NCBI RefSeq assembly: GCF_009914755.1
Contig: NC_060932.1
Direction: 5' to 3' (one strand)
Length of the DNA stretch: 64,000 nucleotides
Source: the human T2T-CHM13v2.0 reference genome, Homo sapiens
Position numbers and translations under genes: made by a program. Below the pieces are notes generated by a model that was given only the letters and a program-made list of their open reading frames with translations, searched no databases and was not told the origin of the DNA. Numbering within the stretch: position 1 is the first letter of the stretch; the number at the start of each line of letters is the position of its first letter. This document shows positions 49,230 through 64,000 of the stretch, piece by piece.

Positions 49230-51268
49230 ACGAGGAAGCTCATCGTTAGATTCATTTTTCTTAAATTTTGGACTTATACAGTAAGGGCTTCAACTAACCT
49301 TACTCAAAATGGGGACTGTTCCCAGTGTATTTATCAGGTCACCGAAGTAGGACAGCAAATTAAAACAATCTTTCTGTTCTATAGTTATTATGAATGTATG
49401 GAAACATTAAAAGAAACTTGTTTGTATAATGCCACTCAGTACAAGGTATGTAGCCCGAGAAATGACCGACCTGATGCGTGTTATAGCCCATCTGAGCCCC
49501 CTGCAACCACCGTTTTTGAAATAAGAACTGGCCTTTTGCTAGGTGATACAAGTAAAATAATAACTAGAACAGAAGAAAAAGAAATCCCCAAGCAAATAAC
49601 TTTAAGATCTGATGCTTGTGCAGCCATTAATAGTAAAAAGCTAGAAATAGGATATGGTTCTCTTAACTGAGAAAGGAGCTAAAGAGTAGAAAATAAATAT
49701 GTTTGTCATGAGTCAGGGGTTTGTAAAAATTGTGCCTATTGGCCATGTGTTATTTAGGCTACTTAAAAAAAGAACAAAAATGACTCGGTTTATCTTCAGA
49801 AGGGAGAAGCCAACCCCTCCTGGGCCACCGGTCACTGTAACCCACTAGAACTAATAATTACCAATCCCCTAGATCCCCTTTGGAAAAAGGGAGAACGCGT
49901 AACCCTGGGGATCAATAGGACAGGGTTAAACCCTCAAGTTGCCATTTTAATTAGAGGGGAGGTCCACAAGTGCTCTCCCAAAACAGTATTTCAAACGTTT
50001 TATGAGGAGCTGAATCTGCCAACACCAGAACTTCCGAAAAAGACAAAAAATTTGTTTCTCCAATTAGCAGAAAATGTAGCTAATTCCCTTAATGTTACTT
50101 CTTGTTATGTATGCGGAGGAACCACTATCGGAGACAGATGGCCTTCGGAAGCCCGAGAGTTGGTGTCTACTGATCCAGCTCCTGATATAATTCCAGTTCA
50201 GAAGGCCCAAGCTAGCAACTTCTAGGTCCTAAAACCTCAATTATTAGACAATACTGTATAGCTAGAGAAGGGAAAGACTTTATCATCCCTGTAGGAAAGC
50301 TTAATTGTATAGGACAGAAGTTGTATAACAGCACAACAAAGACAATTACTTAGTAGGGCCTAACCCACACTGAAAAGAATCCATTTAGTAAATTTTCTAA
50401 ATTAAAAACTGCTTAGGCTCATGCAGAATCTCATTAGGACTGGACGGTTCCCACTGGACTATACTAGATACGTAGGCACAGAGCCTACATTCGGTTACCT
50501 AATAAATGGGCAGACAGTTGTGTTATTGGCACTATTAAGCCGTCCTTTTTCTTATTACCCATAAAAATGGGTGAGCTCCTAGGTTTCCCTGTCTATGCCT
50601 CCTGAGAAAATAAAGGCATAGTTATAGGAAACTGGAAAGATAATGAGTGGCCCCCTGAAAGGATCATTCAGTATTATGGGCCTGCCACAGGGGCACAAGA
50701 TGGCTCATGGGGATACCAAACCCCCATCTACATGCTCAACTGGATCATACGGTTGCAGTCCGTCTAAGAAATAATTACTAATGAAACTGGCAGAGCTTTG
50801 ACTGTTTTAGCTTTGCAAGAAACCCAAATGAGGAATGCTATCTATCAGAAAAGACTGGCCTTAGACTACTTGCTAGTAGCTGAAGGAGTTTGTGGAAAAT
50901 TTAACTTAACCAACTGCTGCCTACAAATAAATGATCAAGGACAGATGGTTAAAAACATAGTCAGGGACATGACAAAGGTTGCACATGTGCCTGTAGAGGT
51001 TTGGCACGAGTTTAATCCTGAGTCTTTATTTGAAAAATGGTTTCCAGCTATAGGAGGATTTAAAACCCTCATTGTAGGTGTATTGCTAGTGATAGGAACT
51101 TACTTGCTGCTCCCCTGTGTATTACTCTTGCTTTTTCAAATGATAAAAGATTTTGTTGCTACTTTGGTTCATCAGAAAACTTCAGCACACGTGTGTTATA
51201 TAAATCACTATCGCTCTATCTCACAAAGAGACTCAAAAAGTAAAGATGAGAGTGAGAACTCCCACTAA
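49230..51268 (+). pseudogene. env: HERV-E env, start mutated (ACG), with multiple Trp->stop changes in SU
   Basis: (T)RKLIV...KETCLYNATQY, CNPLELIITNP, TSCYVCGG; [12 protein letters not shown]...[10 protein letters not shown]. Confidence 0.92.
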
Positions 51269-51295
51269 AAAGTGAAAATGCTCAAAGGGGGAAAA

Positions 51296-51792
51296 TATGG
51301 TATGAGACCACCACTTCTCCTGTTGTCCTTCCCAGTTTCTCCCCAACCTCCCCTTTTCCCTAGTTTATAAGACAGCAAAAAAGGGAGAAAGCAAAAAGCT
51401 GGAAAAAACAGAAGTAAAATAAATACCTAGACGACTTTGGCGCCACCACCTGGCCCTGGTGGTTAAAGTAACAATAATATTAACCCCTGACCAAAACTAC
51501 TGTTGTTATCGGTAAATCCCAGACATTGTATGAGAAAGCACTGTAAAAACTTTTTGTTCTGTTAGCTGATGTATGTAGCCCCCAGTCACGTTCCTCAAGC
51601 TTCCTTGATCTATTATGACTTTTTCACGTAGAACCCTTAGAGTTGTCAGCCCTTAAAAGGGCTAGGAATTTCTTTTTCAGGGAGCTCGGCTCTTAAGACA
51701 CGAGTCTGCCAACGCTCCCGGCCGAATAAAAAAACCTCTTCCTTCTTTAATCTAGTGTCTGAGGAGTTTTGTCTGGAACTCGTCCTGCTACA
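51296..51792 (+). repeat. HERV-E 3' LTR (LTR2 family)
   Basis: Follows PPT AAAGGGGGAAAA; TATGGTATGAG...AATAAA (51725-51730)...CGTCCTGCTACA. Confidence 0.9.
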
Positions 51793-52951
51793 CTAGCTCT
51801 CCGTGACTCATCCCAACCCTTTTCATTACACGCAGCCGAAGTGCAGCGCTGTGCAGTTGAAATTCTTACACAAGGACCAGGATGGCGTCCTGTAGCCTTT
51901 TTGTCCAAACAACTTGACCTTACTGTTTTAGGTTGGCCGTTGTGTCTCCGTGCAGCAGCTGCTGCCACCCTAATACTTTTAAAGGCCCTTAAAATCAGAA
52001 ACTATGCTCAACTCACTCTCTACAGCTCTCATAATTTCCAAAATCTATTGTCTTCCTCACACCTGCCACACATACATTCTGCTCGCCGGCTCCTTCTGCT
52101 GTACTCACTCTTTGTTGAGTCTCCCACAATTACCATTGTTCCTGGCCCAGACTTCAATCCGGCCTCCCCCATTATTCCTGATACCACACCTGACCCTCAT
52201 GACTGCGTCTCTCTGATCCACCTGACGTTCACCCCATTTCCCCACATTTCCTTCTTCCCTGTTTCTCACCCTTACCACACTTAGTTTATTGATGGCAGTT
52301 CCACCAGGCCTAATTGCCACACATCAGCAAAAGCAGGCTATGCTATAGTACAAGCCACTAGCCCGCCTCTTAGAACCTCTCATTTCCTTTCCATCGTGGA
52401 AATCTATCCTCAAGGAAATAACTTCTCAGTGTTTCATCTGCTATTCTACTACTCCTCAGGGATTCTTCAGGCCCCCTCCCTTCCCTGCACATCAAGCTCA
52501 GGGATTTGCCCCCACCCAGGACTGGCAAATTAGCTTTACTCAACGTGCCCCGAGTCAGGAAACTAAAATACCTCTTGGTCTAGGTAGACACTTTCACTGG
52601 ATAAGTAGAGGCCTTTCCCACAGGGTCTAAGAAGGCCACCACGGTCATTTCTTCTCTTCTGTCAGACATAATTCCTCAGTTTGGCCTTCCCACCTCTATA
52701 CAGTCCGATAGCAGACCTGCCTTTAGTAATCAAGTCAGCCAAGCATTTTTTCAGGCTCTTAGTATTCAGTGAAACCTTTATATCCCTTACAGTCCTCAAT
52801 CTTCAGGAAAGGTAGAACAGACTGATGGTCTTTTAAAAACACACCTTACCAAGCTCAGCCACCAACTTAAAAAGGACTGGACAATACTTTTACCACTTTC
52901 CCTTCTCAGAATTCCGGCCTGTCTTTGGAATGCTACAAGGTACAGCCCATT
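51793..52951 (+). pseudogene. pol: HERV-H pol remnant, 3' part (connection, RNase H and IN fragments)
   Basis: Resumes LAL.DSSQPFSLH, RPVAFLSKQLDLTVLGWP, FIDGSS, KYLLV*VDTFTG, PQSSGKVE. Confidence 0.85.
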
Positions 52952-54022
52952 TCTTGCGGGAAGTCAGGGACCCCAAACGGAGGGACCGGCTGAAGCCATG
53001 GCAGAAGAACGTGGATTGTGAAGATTTTATGGACATTTATTAGTTCCCCAAATTAATACTTTTGTAATTTCTTATGCCTGCCTTTACTGCAATCTCTAAA
53101 CATAAATTGTAAAGATTTCATGGACACTTATCACTTCCCCAATCAATATCCTTGTGATTTCCTATGCCTGTCTCTGCTTTAATCTCTTAATCCTGTCAGC
53201 CGAGAAGGATGTATATCGTCTCAGGACCCTGTAATAATTGCGTTAAGTACACAAATTGTACAGCATGTGTGTTTGAGCAATATGAAATGTGGGCAACCTG
53301 AAAAAAGAACAGGATAACCGCAGTCGTTCAGGTAATAAGAGAGATAACCTTAAACTCTGACCGCTGGTGAGCCCGGCAGAACAGAACCACATTTCTCTTC
53401 TTTCAAAAGCAAATGGGAGAAATATCACTGAATTCCTTTCTCAGCATGGAACGTCCCTGAGAAAGAGAATGCCCACCTAGGGGTAGGTCTCTGAACTGGC
53501 CCCCCAGGGCGTACCTGTCTCTTAAGGTCGAGATTGCTTGCAGAGGTGAAATAAACTGCAGTCTCCTATAGCGCTCCCAGGCTTATTAGGAAGAGGAAAT
53601 TCCTGCCTAATAAACTTTGGTCAGATGGGTTGATCTCAAAACCCTGTCTCCTGATAAGATGTTATCAATGACAATGGTGCCAAAACTTCATTAGCAATTT
53701 AAATTTCACTTCGGTCCTGTGGTCCTGTGATCTCGCCCTGTCTCCACTTGCCTTGTGATATTCTATTACCCTGTTAAGTACTTGATGTCTGTCACCCACA
53801 CTTATTCGTATACTCCCTCCCCTTTTGAAACTCCCTAATAAAAACTTGCTGGTTTTTGTGGCTTGTGGGGCATCACGGATCCTACTAATGTGTGATGTCT
53901 CCCCCGGACGCCCAGCTTTAAAATTTCTCTCTTTTGTACTCTGTCCTTTTATTTCTCAAGCCAGTCGATGCTTAGGAAAATAGAGAAGAACCTACGTGAT
54001 TATCGGGGCAGGTCCCCCGATA
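52952..54022 (+). repeat. MER11 (HML-8) solo LTR inserted in HERV-H integrase
   Basis: TCTTGCGGGAAGTCAGGGACC...GGTCCCCCGATA; 6-bp TSD CCCATT (52946-52951) / CCCCTT (54023-54028). Confidence 0.92.
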
Positions 54023-54676
54023 CCCCTTGGATCTCCTGTATAGACACTCCTTTTTGTTAGGCTCCAGTCTCATTCCAGACACAAGACCAACTTGGACTGT
54101 GCCCCAAAAAACTTGTCATCCCTACTATCTTCTGTCTAGCCATACTCCTATTCACCATTCTCAACTACTCATATATGCCCTGCTCTTGTTTACACTGGTG
54201 GTTTACACTGTTTCTCCAAGCCATCACAGCTGATATCTCCTGGTGCTATCCCCAAACCACCACTCTTAACTCTTAAATAATCTTTGCTGGCAAGGCTATG
54301 CTGAACCTCCTTAGGCACTCTCTAATTTGATGTCCTAGGTCCTCCCAATTCTTAGTCCTTTAATACCTGTTTTTCTCCTTCTCTTATTCCGTTTAGTTTT
54401 TCAATTCATACAAAACTGTATCCAGGCCATCACCAATAATTCTAAATGACAAATGTTTCTTCTAACAACCCCACAATATCACCCCTTACCACAAAATCAT
54501 CTTCTTTCAGCTTAATCTCTCCTACTCTAGGTTCCCATGCCACCCCAATCCCGCTCAAAGCAGCCCTGAGAAACATTGCCCATTATCTCTCCATAACACC
54601 CCCCAAAAATTTTCACCATCCCAATACTTTACCACTATTTCATTTTATTTTACTTATGAATATAAGAAGACAGGAA

Positions 54677-55388
<712 letters not shown>

Positions 55389-56672
55389 AAAAGTGTCCTC
55401 TTATAAGGACACTTGTCTTTAGATGTACAGCCTACCTAAATTACTCCAGGATAATCTCGACATCCTTAACTTAATTACATCTGCAAAGACCCTTTTTCCA
55501 AATAATGCCACCTCCACAGATTCTAGGCACAAGGATCTGGATATATATTGTGCAAAGCCACCATTCAGCTCACTACACTAGAAAGAGGAAAAACAACGAA
55601 GTAACAAAAGGCGCAGAAGAAAGAACAGATGCAGCTTGTGTGGCAGTGGCCATCAAGGCAGGATGGGGTAAAACTGTGTTAACAGAACCCCGAGATGGAA
55701 CTCAAGTGTGGCCGTCTGCTCCCAGCTACTCACAGAGAACGTTTCTGTTTCTGACAGCAGAGTAAGAGAAGGGGTGGGAAGAGAGATAGCCCATTCTCTG
55801 TTGGCCTAATTCCTAAGGAATTGTGCCTCTGCCTTCGGGTCATTCTCAAGTCTTGTTCAAGGACAAAATGATTTATTGATGGCCATAATTAAAAAGCAAT
55901 GCCAACAGAAGCAGCCTCAGCATTTTTCATTTGTACTTACACATGAGCGAGAGCAGTTTAGGGAAACGGGTGTCTTCAGGTTCTGTTTTCTCCATCTAGA
56001 AAAGGGCTGCCTTCGTGGAATGCTGGTCCTGGGGAGAAGCCTCATTTCTATAGCAGGAATTGATAGAGTTTTAAATTCCGATTGGTACATGGAGCTACCC
56101 GTCCTCATTTCAAGCACTTCTGGTTAGTTCTGGGTTCAGTGGGTGAGCAATGAGTAGAACTCTGGGGAGGAGGATTTGGAGTGAGCGTGGTTTTGATCCC
56201 CAGAGGGAGCTGTTTTTCCATCAATGTCTTGACTGTGATTCAGAATGGTCTTCTCCGCTCAAGATGGGAGTACTGGGCTAATTTAAGGCAGGTGATTGAC
56301 TTGATTTGGTGGCTACTTTTATACTAGCTGGTTAACGAGCTATTTTCTTCATTAGTTTCAGGCATATGAGCGTAATGAAGCATTGGACCTCCCAAATTAC
56401 AAGGAAAATACAGATATAGCTTATGTGGTAGGTTCAAAGGAGTTAGTGAACAAACACAGTAGGGACGCAAATTATTGTTAAAGACATGAATGTATGAAAG
56501 TGTATCTATGTCCAAATGGACCCTCTGCAAGCATACTGTTCCACCTGAAAATTAGTACATAGAAATTCAGCAAATGCTTGGACAGGGGATATTCTCAGAA
56601 GTATTCTGACTCAATAGCATGGTTTATTTTCATATCACTAAAGTAATTTCTTCTCAAATTGACTCTGGACTA

Positions 56673-57431
<759 letters not shown>

Positions 57432-57516
57432 TCATCTATCCCAAGCCAATAGTCCAGCCAAAAATCTAGGTCTGAGATGATGAGAAAAAGCAAGTCATCA
57501 ACCATGTCAGCCATTT

Positions 57517-57517
57517 C

Positions 57518-57547
<30 letters not shown>
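57517..57547. repeat. (TCA)n microsatellite
   Basis: About 10 TCA units. Confidence 0.92.
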
Positions 57548-57551
<4 letters not shown>

Positions 57552-57654
57552 ACAAAAGACAGACCTGTAACCATCTTGTGTGCCTGGCTCTCATCTTAGT
57601 TCAAAATATAGAAGTAAATTCTATGGCCAGCGATCAATGAGCAAAATAGCTCTC

Positions 57655-57783
57655 ATCACTCTTGTCTGCCACCATGTAAGACATTCCTTTTGCCTTCCAC
57701 CATGATTTCGAGACTTCTTCAGCCACATGGAACTGTGAGCCCATTAAACCTCTTTTTCTTTATAAATTACCCAGTCTTGAGTA
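57655..57783. repeat. THE1/MST MaLR LTR fragment
   Basis: GCCACCATGTAAGAC...GGAACTGTGAGCCCATTAAACCTCTTTTTCTTTATAAATTACCCAGTCT. Confidence 0.75.
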
Positions 57784-58332
57784 ATAAAATAGTGGTTTGT
57801 CCACAACATCAATGAACGATGCTGTTACTTGTTCCAAACACGTATCATTTAAGAGGTTTGGATAAACAACATCCTAAAATAAATAAGCACTAAGCAAACT
57901 CAGGGCTACATAATCCCTGTGGTGAGCTAACTGACAATGGGTACAACTGGGACACTTTACCGTTAAATCACCTCTATCTACATGTGCCCAAGCAGTGAGA
58001 TACTTGGTTTTAATCCTAAAAAATCATGGTGCACATTTACTCCTGCCTTCCAACTGTGCTCTAACGTCACCTCCTCAGAGAAGCCCGCTTTTCTGTGCTT
58101 CCACTCTGCTTTTTTTCAGCATTTAGTAGAGCATCAGTCACCATCCATATCTGGGAACAATGATTGTAAGAAACAGAAACCCATTTGCATGAGCTTGAGG
58201 ACAAGAAACACACCTTATCTCTAACAGGCAAACTCATGGGCACAAGAAACAAATGAGAGGCCATGAGAGAATGGAAACTGCAGTTACAGAAACCAAAATT
58301 CCTCTTTCTTGCTCTCAGAAGCCCATGGTATC

Positions 58333-58645
58333 TTTTTTTTTTTTCTTTTTTCTTTTTTTTTTTTTTTGAGACGCAGTCTCGCTCTGTCGCCCAGGCTGGA
58401 GTGCAGTGGTGCAATCTCAGTTCACTGCAAGCTGCACCTCCTGGGGTTAACGCCATTCTCCCACCTCAGCCTCCCAATTAGCTGGGGCTACAGGCACCCG
58501 CCAACACACCCAGCTAATTTTTGTATTTTTAGTAGAGATGGGCTTTCACCGTGTGAGCCAGGATGGTCTCGATCTCCTGACCTCGTGATCCGGCCATCCT
58601 GGCTTCCCAAAGTGCTGGGATTACAGGCGTGAACCACCGCGCCTG
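58333..58645 (-). repeat. Alu (Y/Sc-like)
   Basis: Alu consensus; TSD GAAGCCCATGGT. Confidence 0.9.
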
Positions 58646-59135
58646 GAAGCCCATGGTCTTTCTTATCAGCCTTGTGGACTTTCTTATCTCTTCTTCTCAC
58701 TCACAACCAATTTTCCCTTTTTGCTGGTGGCCCATCCTGGCAGCCAGCAGAGCCCACCACCAGCTGATCAGTCAGTTACTGGATATCTTGGAGAGGGAGG
58801 GAGGGAGGGAGGGAGAGAGGGAGAGGGAGAGAGAGAGAGAGAATGACAATTGGGCTTCTGGCCAACCAATTGAGTATAGGGAGGGGAAGTACCATGGTAC
58901 AAATATGGCTCCAAGACCTGCTTTCCAGCATGGCCAGTGAGTAGGGAAATTGAGGGAAGGTACCTGCAAACACAGCAGACATCTCAGAACATGCTCTCTG
59001 TTCTTAGTTCTCTCTCCTGCCTTCTCCTAGATTGTAAATATCACAAGACAATCTAGGATAGTACCTGGCTCAAAATATTTGAGAAAGAGGAAAAGGAAGA
59101 CATTGCATCAAACTGTAGACTACATGGTTTCCTAA

Positions 59136-59450
<315 letters not shown>

Positions 59451-61284
59451 ACTCTGCAAGTATTTAAGTGAATGAATGTCAGTCCCTGAGAATCAGAATT
59501 TCTTCTGATTTAACGGCATTAAATCTCCCTTAGGTTTAATCCTGGTCAGCAGCTGTGGGGTGTCCTGGGTTTGGGATCAGTGGGATGAGGAACAAGCAGG
59601 TTCTCCAAACCACCACGCAGGGAGGGGAGGTGTTAAGTAGGCCAAAGATGATGGGTGGGGTATGTGCCTGGGTTTCAAACAGCTTATGCCAGGCCTAAAA
59701 ACAGACGCTGAGGCAGAAACTGTATTAAGCAAATTGATGACACAATGGAGGAGGTCAAAAAGTTTAATATTGCTAAGAAGAATACAAATACTGATCATGC
59801 GATATGTTATTGTTATCACACCATCTCCTGCTACACGCCAGGTTTCCTTTACCATGAGATAGAAGAGATTTGTGGATCTGACCTAACCCTCCAAATTATA
59901 AGGTCTCTGAGAGTGGGCTCATGACATTCATGTTTTATAAATGTGGCATAAAGGTTAATGCTGGCTGCCATGTGACCCAATGCCAGTTTGACGCTGCATT
60001 CAAAGAACCATCGTTCCAGCATCCAAGCACACTTAAAGGCAATTGAAATGTTTACCGCCTTCCCTCAAGACAAACACCAAATAAAAATTATTTTCAAAAT
60101 GCATAGCAACACTTCTTAAAATCTTATTTTCCCATCTCTTTCTCTCTCTCTACCACATTCCCAGGAGTTTCCCAGGAGCAAAACTGTCATAAAGACCCAG
60201 GAGCAAAATGATTAGTGACTTCACGATATCTGATTCTCATTTAGTTGGTTTAGAGTGGTGTCCGGGCATACGTATTTTTTAAAATCTTGCTGGGCACAGT
60301 GGCACACACCTGTAGTCTCAGCTACTCAGGAGGCTAACGCAGAAGAATCACCTGAGCCCAGGAGTTTGAGTCCAGCCTGGGCAACGTAGCAAGACCCTGT
60401 CTCTGAAAAAAAAGAAAAAAAAGCAAAAACAAATCTCTCTCAGCTTCAGTCAGGGTTGATAACTAGTTGATCAAAAAATTGTGGTAGCCATCCTTCACAA
60501 TGGACCTTAATATTCCCACCTCCTGGTGTTATTCACTGTGGAATCTGTCTTAGCTAGTCCTCAATTGGGTCTGGTATCCAGGCCCCACCTTGAGAGTCTA
60601 GTCCCACCTCCTACCCCACACATGGTTTTACACTTACTTTCAAGACTGGCCTAAAAATGTAAAATGTATTTGTTTTGACCTTGTTTCCAATGAAACAACT
60701 GTTCTAAACATTCCTTTAGGATGGTTAGGGAAATTTGAACACCGGCTAAATATTAGAAGATATTTGTTTCAAAATAACCCAGCTTGGTAATGAGATGATG
60801 GCGGCTGAGGCTGGTGATAGGCACAGAGGGCTTCATTATCAAATATAAACAAGTGGAAAAAACAGAACTTTTCCATAATACAAATATAAGGTAAACAAGA
60901 AAGTGTATTGAGTGCATAAAAAGAATCTATGGTCTCACAGGTATTAGCTTATAATTTGAACATCAAAAATAAAAGTGACAGCCGGGTGCAGTGGCTGATG
61001 CCTGTAATCCCAGCACTTTGGGAGACCTAGGTGGGTGGATCACTTAAGCCCAGGAATTTGAGACTAGCCTGAGCAACATAGTGAGACCCCCATCTCTAAA
61101 ATAAATAAATACAAATAAAAGTGACTAGAATTGATTATAGAACATCAACTCGATTTGAGTCTATAAAGATTACTGGTGGAGGGGGGCAATGGGGAGAAGG
61201 AGGAAGAGAATATATTTGTGACCTAGATTATTTTCCTTAGTTTTGAGAGAATCTTCGGGTCTCCTGGGTCTTCTAGCCCAGTAT

Positions 61285-61927
<643 letters not shown>

Positions 61928-62758
61928 TATTTTCCTTAGTTTTCAGAGAACCTTTGTGTCCCCTGAGTGTTCTAGCCCAGTATATCTCAAACTTTGCTGC
62001 ATCAAGGACCTTGTTGAAATGCAGGTTCTCATCTGGGAGGCTCAGTGGGCCGGCAAATCTGCACTAGTTTAGGAAGCTCACCCTGAGTATCAAGCTTCAG
62101 TGAGTATCAGGCAGACCCCTGCCTACCAACCCCCTCTCAGCTGGGCTTAACTCTGGCTCTCTCCTGCCAGGGTTCCTCCTCTCAAAATAGGAGCTATTTT
62201 CAAAAAGTCTCTTGGAAAAAAAGCCCTGTTTTAAAATTGGGGTGTTCAGGATTGGCCATCTGCTCACCATGGGGTTTTAAGACCTTTGCCCAGAACCCTG
62301 CAACCAACTTAGAACTGACGTCTTTACTTTTGAAGGCCCCACTCCACACCATATTAAATTAATTAAAATCAACCCGCATTACAGGCATATCTCAGGCATC
62401 ATGCCCTCAGAAAGGAGTTGCAGCTGATCACTTGACAATGTTGTAAGGCATTAAACATGCATTCATTTCAGCCTTGCAGTTTTCACATTTAGGAGCCAAT
62501 TGTCTTAGGTCTAAAGCATTCATGCCGAAGCATTGTTATGGGCCCCAGACACTATGCTTCCCAGCCTTAATGGCCTCTGCAATGCTGGTTCCTACTGGCC
62601 CACCCCTGGGTTCTGGCCGGCTAGCCCGTGCCACCTCACTGCTCCCCCATTCAAGTGTGCCTTAAATGTGTGGTTTCCAAACTCATCTACACTTTAGGGT
62701 CACCTGAGATTTTTTTTTTAAATCTTCCAAAACCCAGGCCACACCCAAGAACAATTAA

Positions 62759-63095
<337 letters not shown>

Positions 63096-63779
63096 TCAGC
63101 ATCTGTATTTTTTGAAGCACAGACGAGTTTGGGAACTACCGCGCTAGACTGAGTTTCGATTCCTAGCCCTGTCTGACCGTAGGATTCGGCTGGGCTGCTT
63201 CTGAAAACAGAGCTCCCCAGGCTCCTTCCCAGGTAATTCTGATTCATTAGGTCTGGGGTGGGCCCCGGAATGTGCATTTTTTATGAGATCCCTCTGGGTG
63301 AATCTGGCTAAAGCCAGTTTGGGATCTGAGACCTTGGAGATCATTCCCCAGCTTCCCTCCTAACCCAGTTCCCGGCTTGGCCCACCTCACCCAGGCTGTG
63401 TCACGTCTGACTTCGCAGATTACACCTGAGAGGGAAGCCCCAGCCATCACAATGTGAGAACATTTTACAATGAACAGGATATGCCAAGTACATTTTAAGA
63501 CTCATTCAGGATTAGCGTTCACCTTAAACTTGACAGACTCAGAGAATGGGCTGGCCACGTGCTGTGCACAACCCTTAGTGCCCTTCTGTGACTAATATTT
63601 GGATAATTGATTGTTGGAAGCTCAGGAAGCCTCTCTCTCTCAGAGGGGTTGAAGTTAACTTCTTTATTTCTGAGGTAGGGAAGAAAATGAGGATGTTCTG
63701 CCTTTTGCTAGACTGAATACTGTCTTCCAAAAATTCACATTCACCAGGAATCCCAGAATGTGACCTTATTAGAAAATAG

Positions 63780-64000
63780 GGGCAGGGCATGGTGGCTCAT
63801 GCTTGTAATCTTAGCACTTTGGGAGGCTGAGGCAGGAGGATCACTTGAGGTCAGGAGTTCGAGACCAGCCTGGCTAGCATGGCAAACCCTGTCTCTACTA
63901 AAAACATAAAAATTAGCTAGGCATGGTGGCGTGCACCTGTAATCCCAGCTACTTCAGAGGCTGAGGCTGAAGAATCACTTGAACCCAGGAGGCAGAGTTG
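63780..64000 (+). repeat. Alu, truncated by the window edge
   Basis: Alu consensus. Confidence 0.88.

Larger units (their letters stand above)
43469..51792 (+). mobile_element. HERV-E provirus (full internal region plus 3' LTR2-type LTR; no 5' LTR) inserted in HERV-H pol
   Basis: tRNA-Glu PBS, gag-pro-pol-env, PPT and LTR; CTAG duplicated at 43465-43468 and 51793-51796. Confidence 0.93.

Noticed and set aside
57790-57850. VHNI-encoding stretch as exon 2 of the ENPP7-like gene
   Set aside because: Only three residues match, with no splice acceptor or surrounding similarity; no further exons were recognised in the window

Overview
This is primate (probably human or ape) non-coding DNA with no intact protein-coding gene. 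About 29 kb of the 64 kb is endogenous retrovirus. From left to right the main elements are: (1) a deleted HERV-K(HML-8/HERVK11) provirus ending in a MER11 3' LTR (1-5870); (2) an inverted, shortened MER11 solo LTR; (3) a deleted, heavily GG->AG hypermutated HERV-T/S71 provirus (LTR6, tRNA-Thr PBS, 9653-16961); (4) a dead first coding exon of an ENPP7-like gene (25491-25736), typical of ENPP7P segmental-duplication loci; (5) an L1PA that lacks ORF1 (27156-32065); and (6) a nested stack in which an MLT1 LTR holds a HERV-H provirus (39930-55077), which in turn holds a near-complete HERV-E genome lacking its 5' LTR and a MER11 solo LTR. The rest is about 30 Alus plus L2, MER and MaLR fragments. 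I found no convincing new biological system. The most notable signals are the LTR-less HERV-E with an intact CTAG target duplication placed under the HERV-H LTR7 promoter, APOBEC3-type editing in two proviruses, preserved gammaretroviral RNA structures (paired GACG-type hairpins and a readthrough pseudoknot), and the possibility that the 'ENPP7P' exon descends from an ancient ENPP7 paralog rather than ENPP7 itself. Family and subfamily names come from recalled consensus sequences, not from a database search. Boundaries of the older repeats are approximate.
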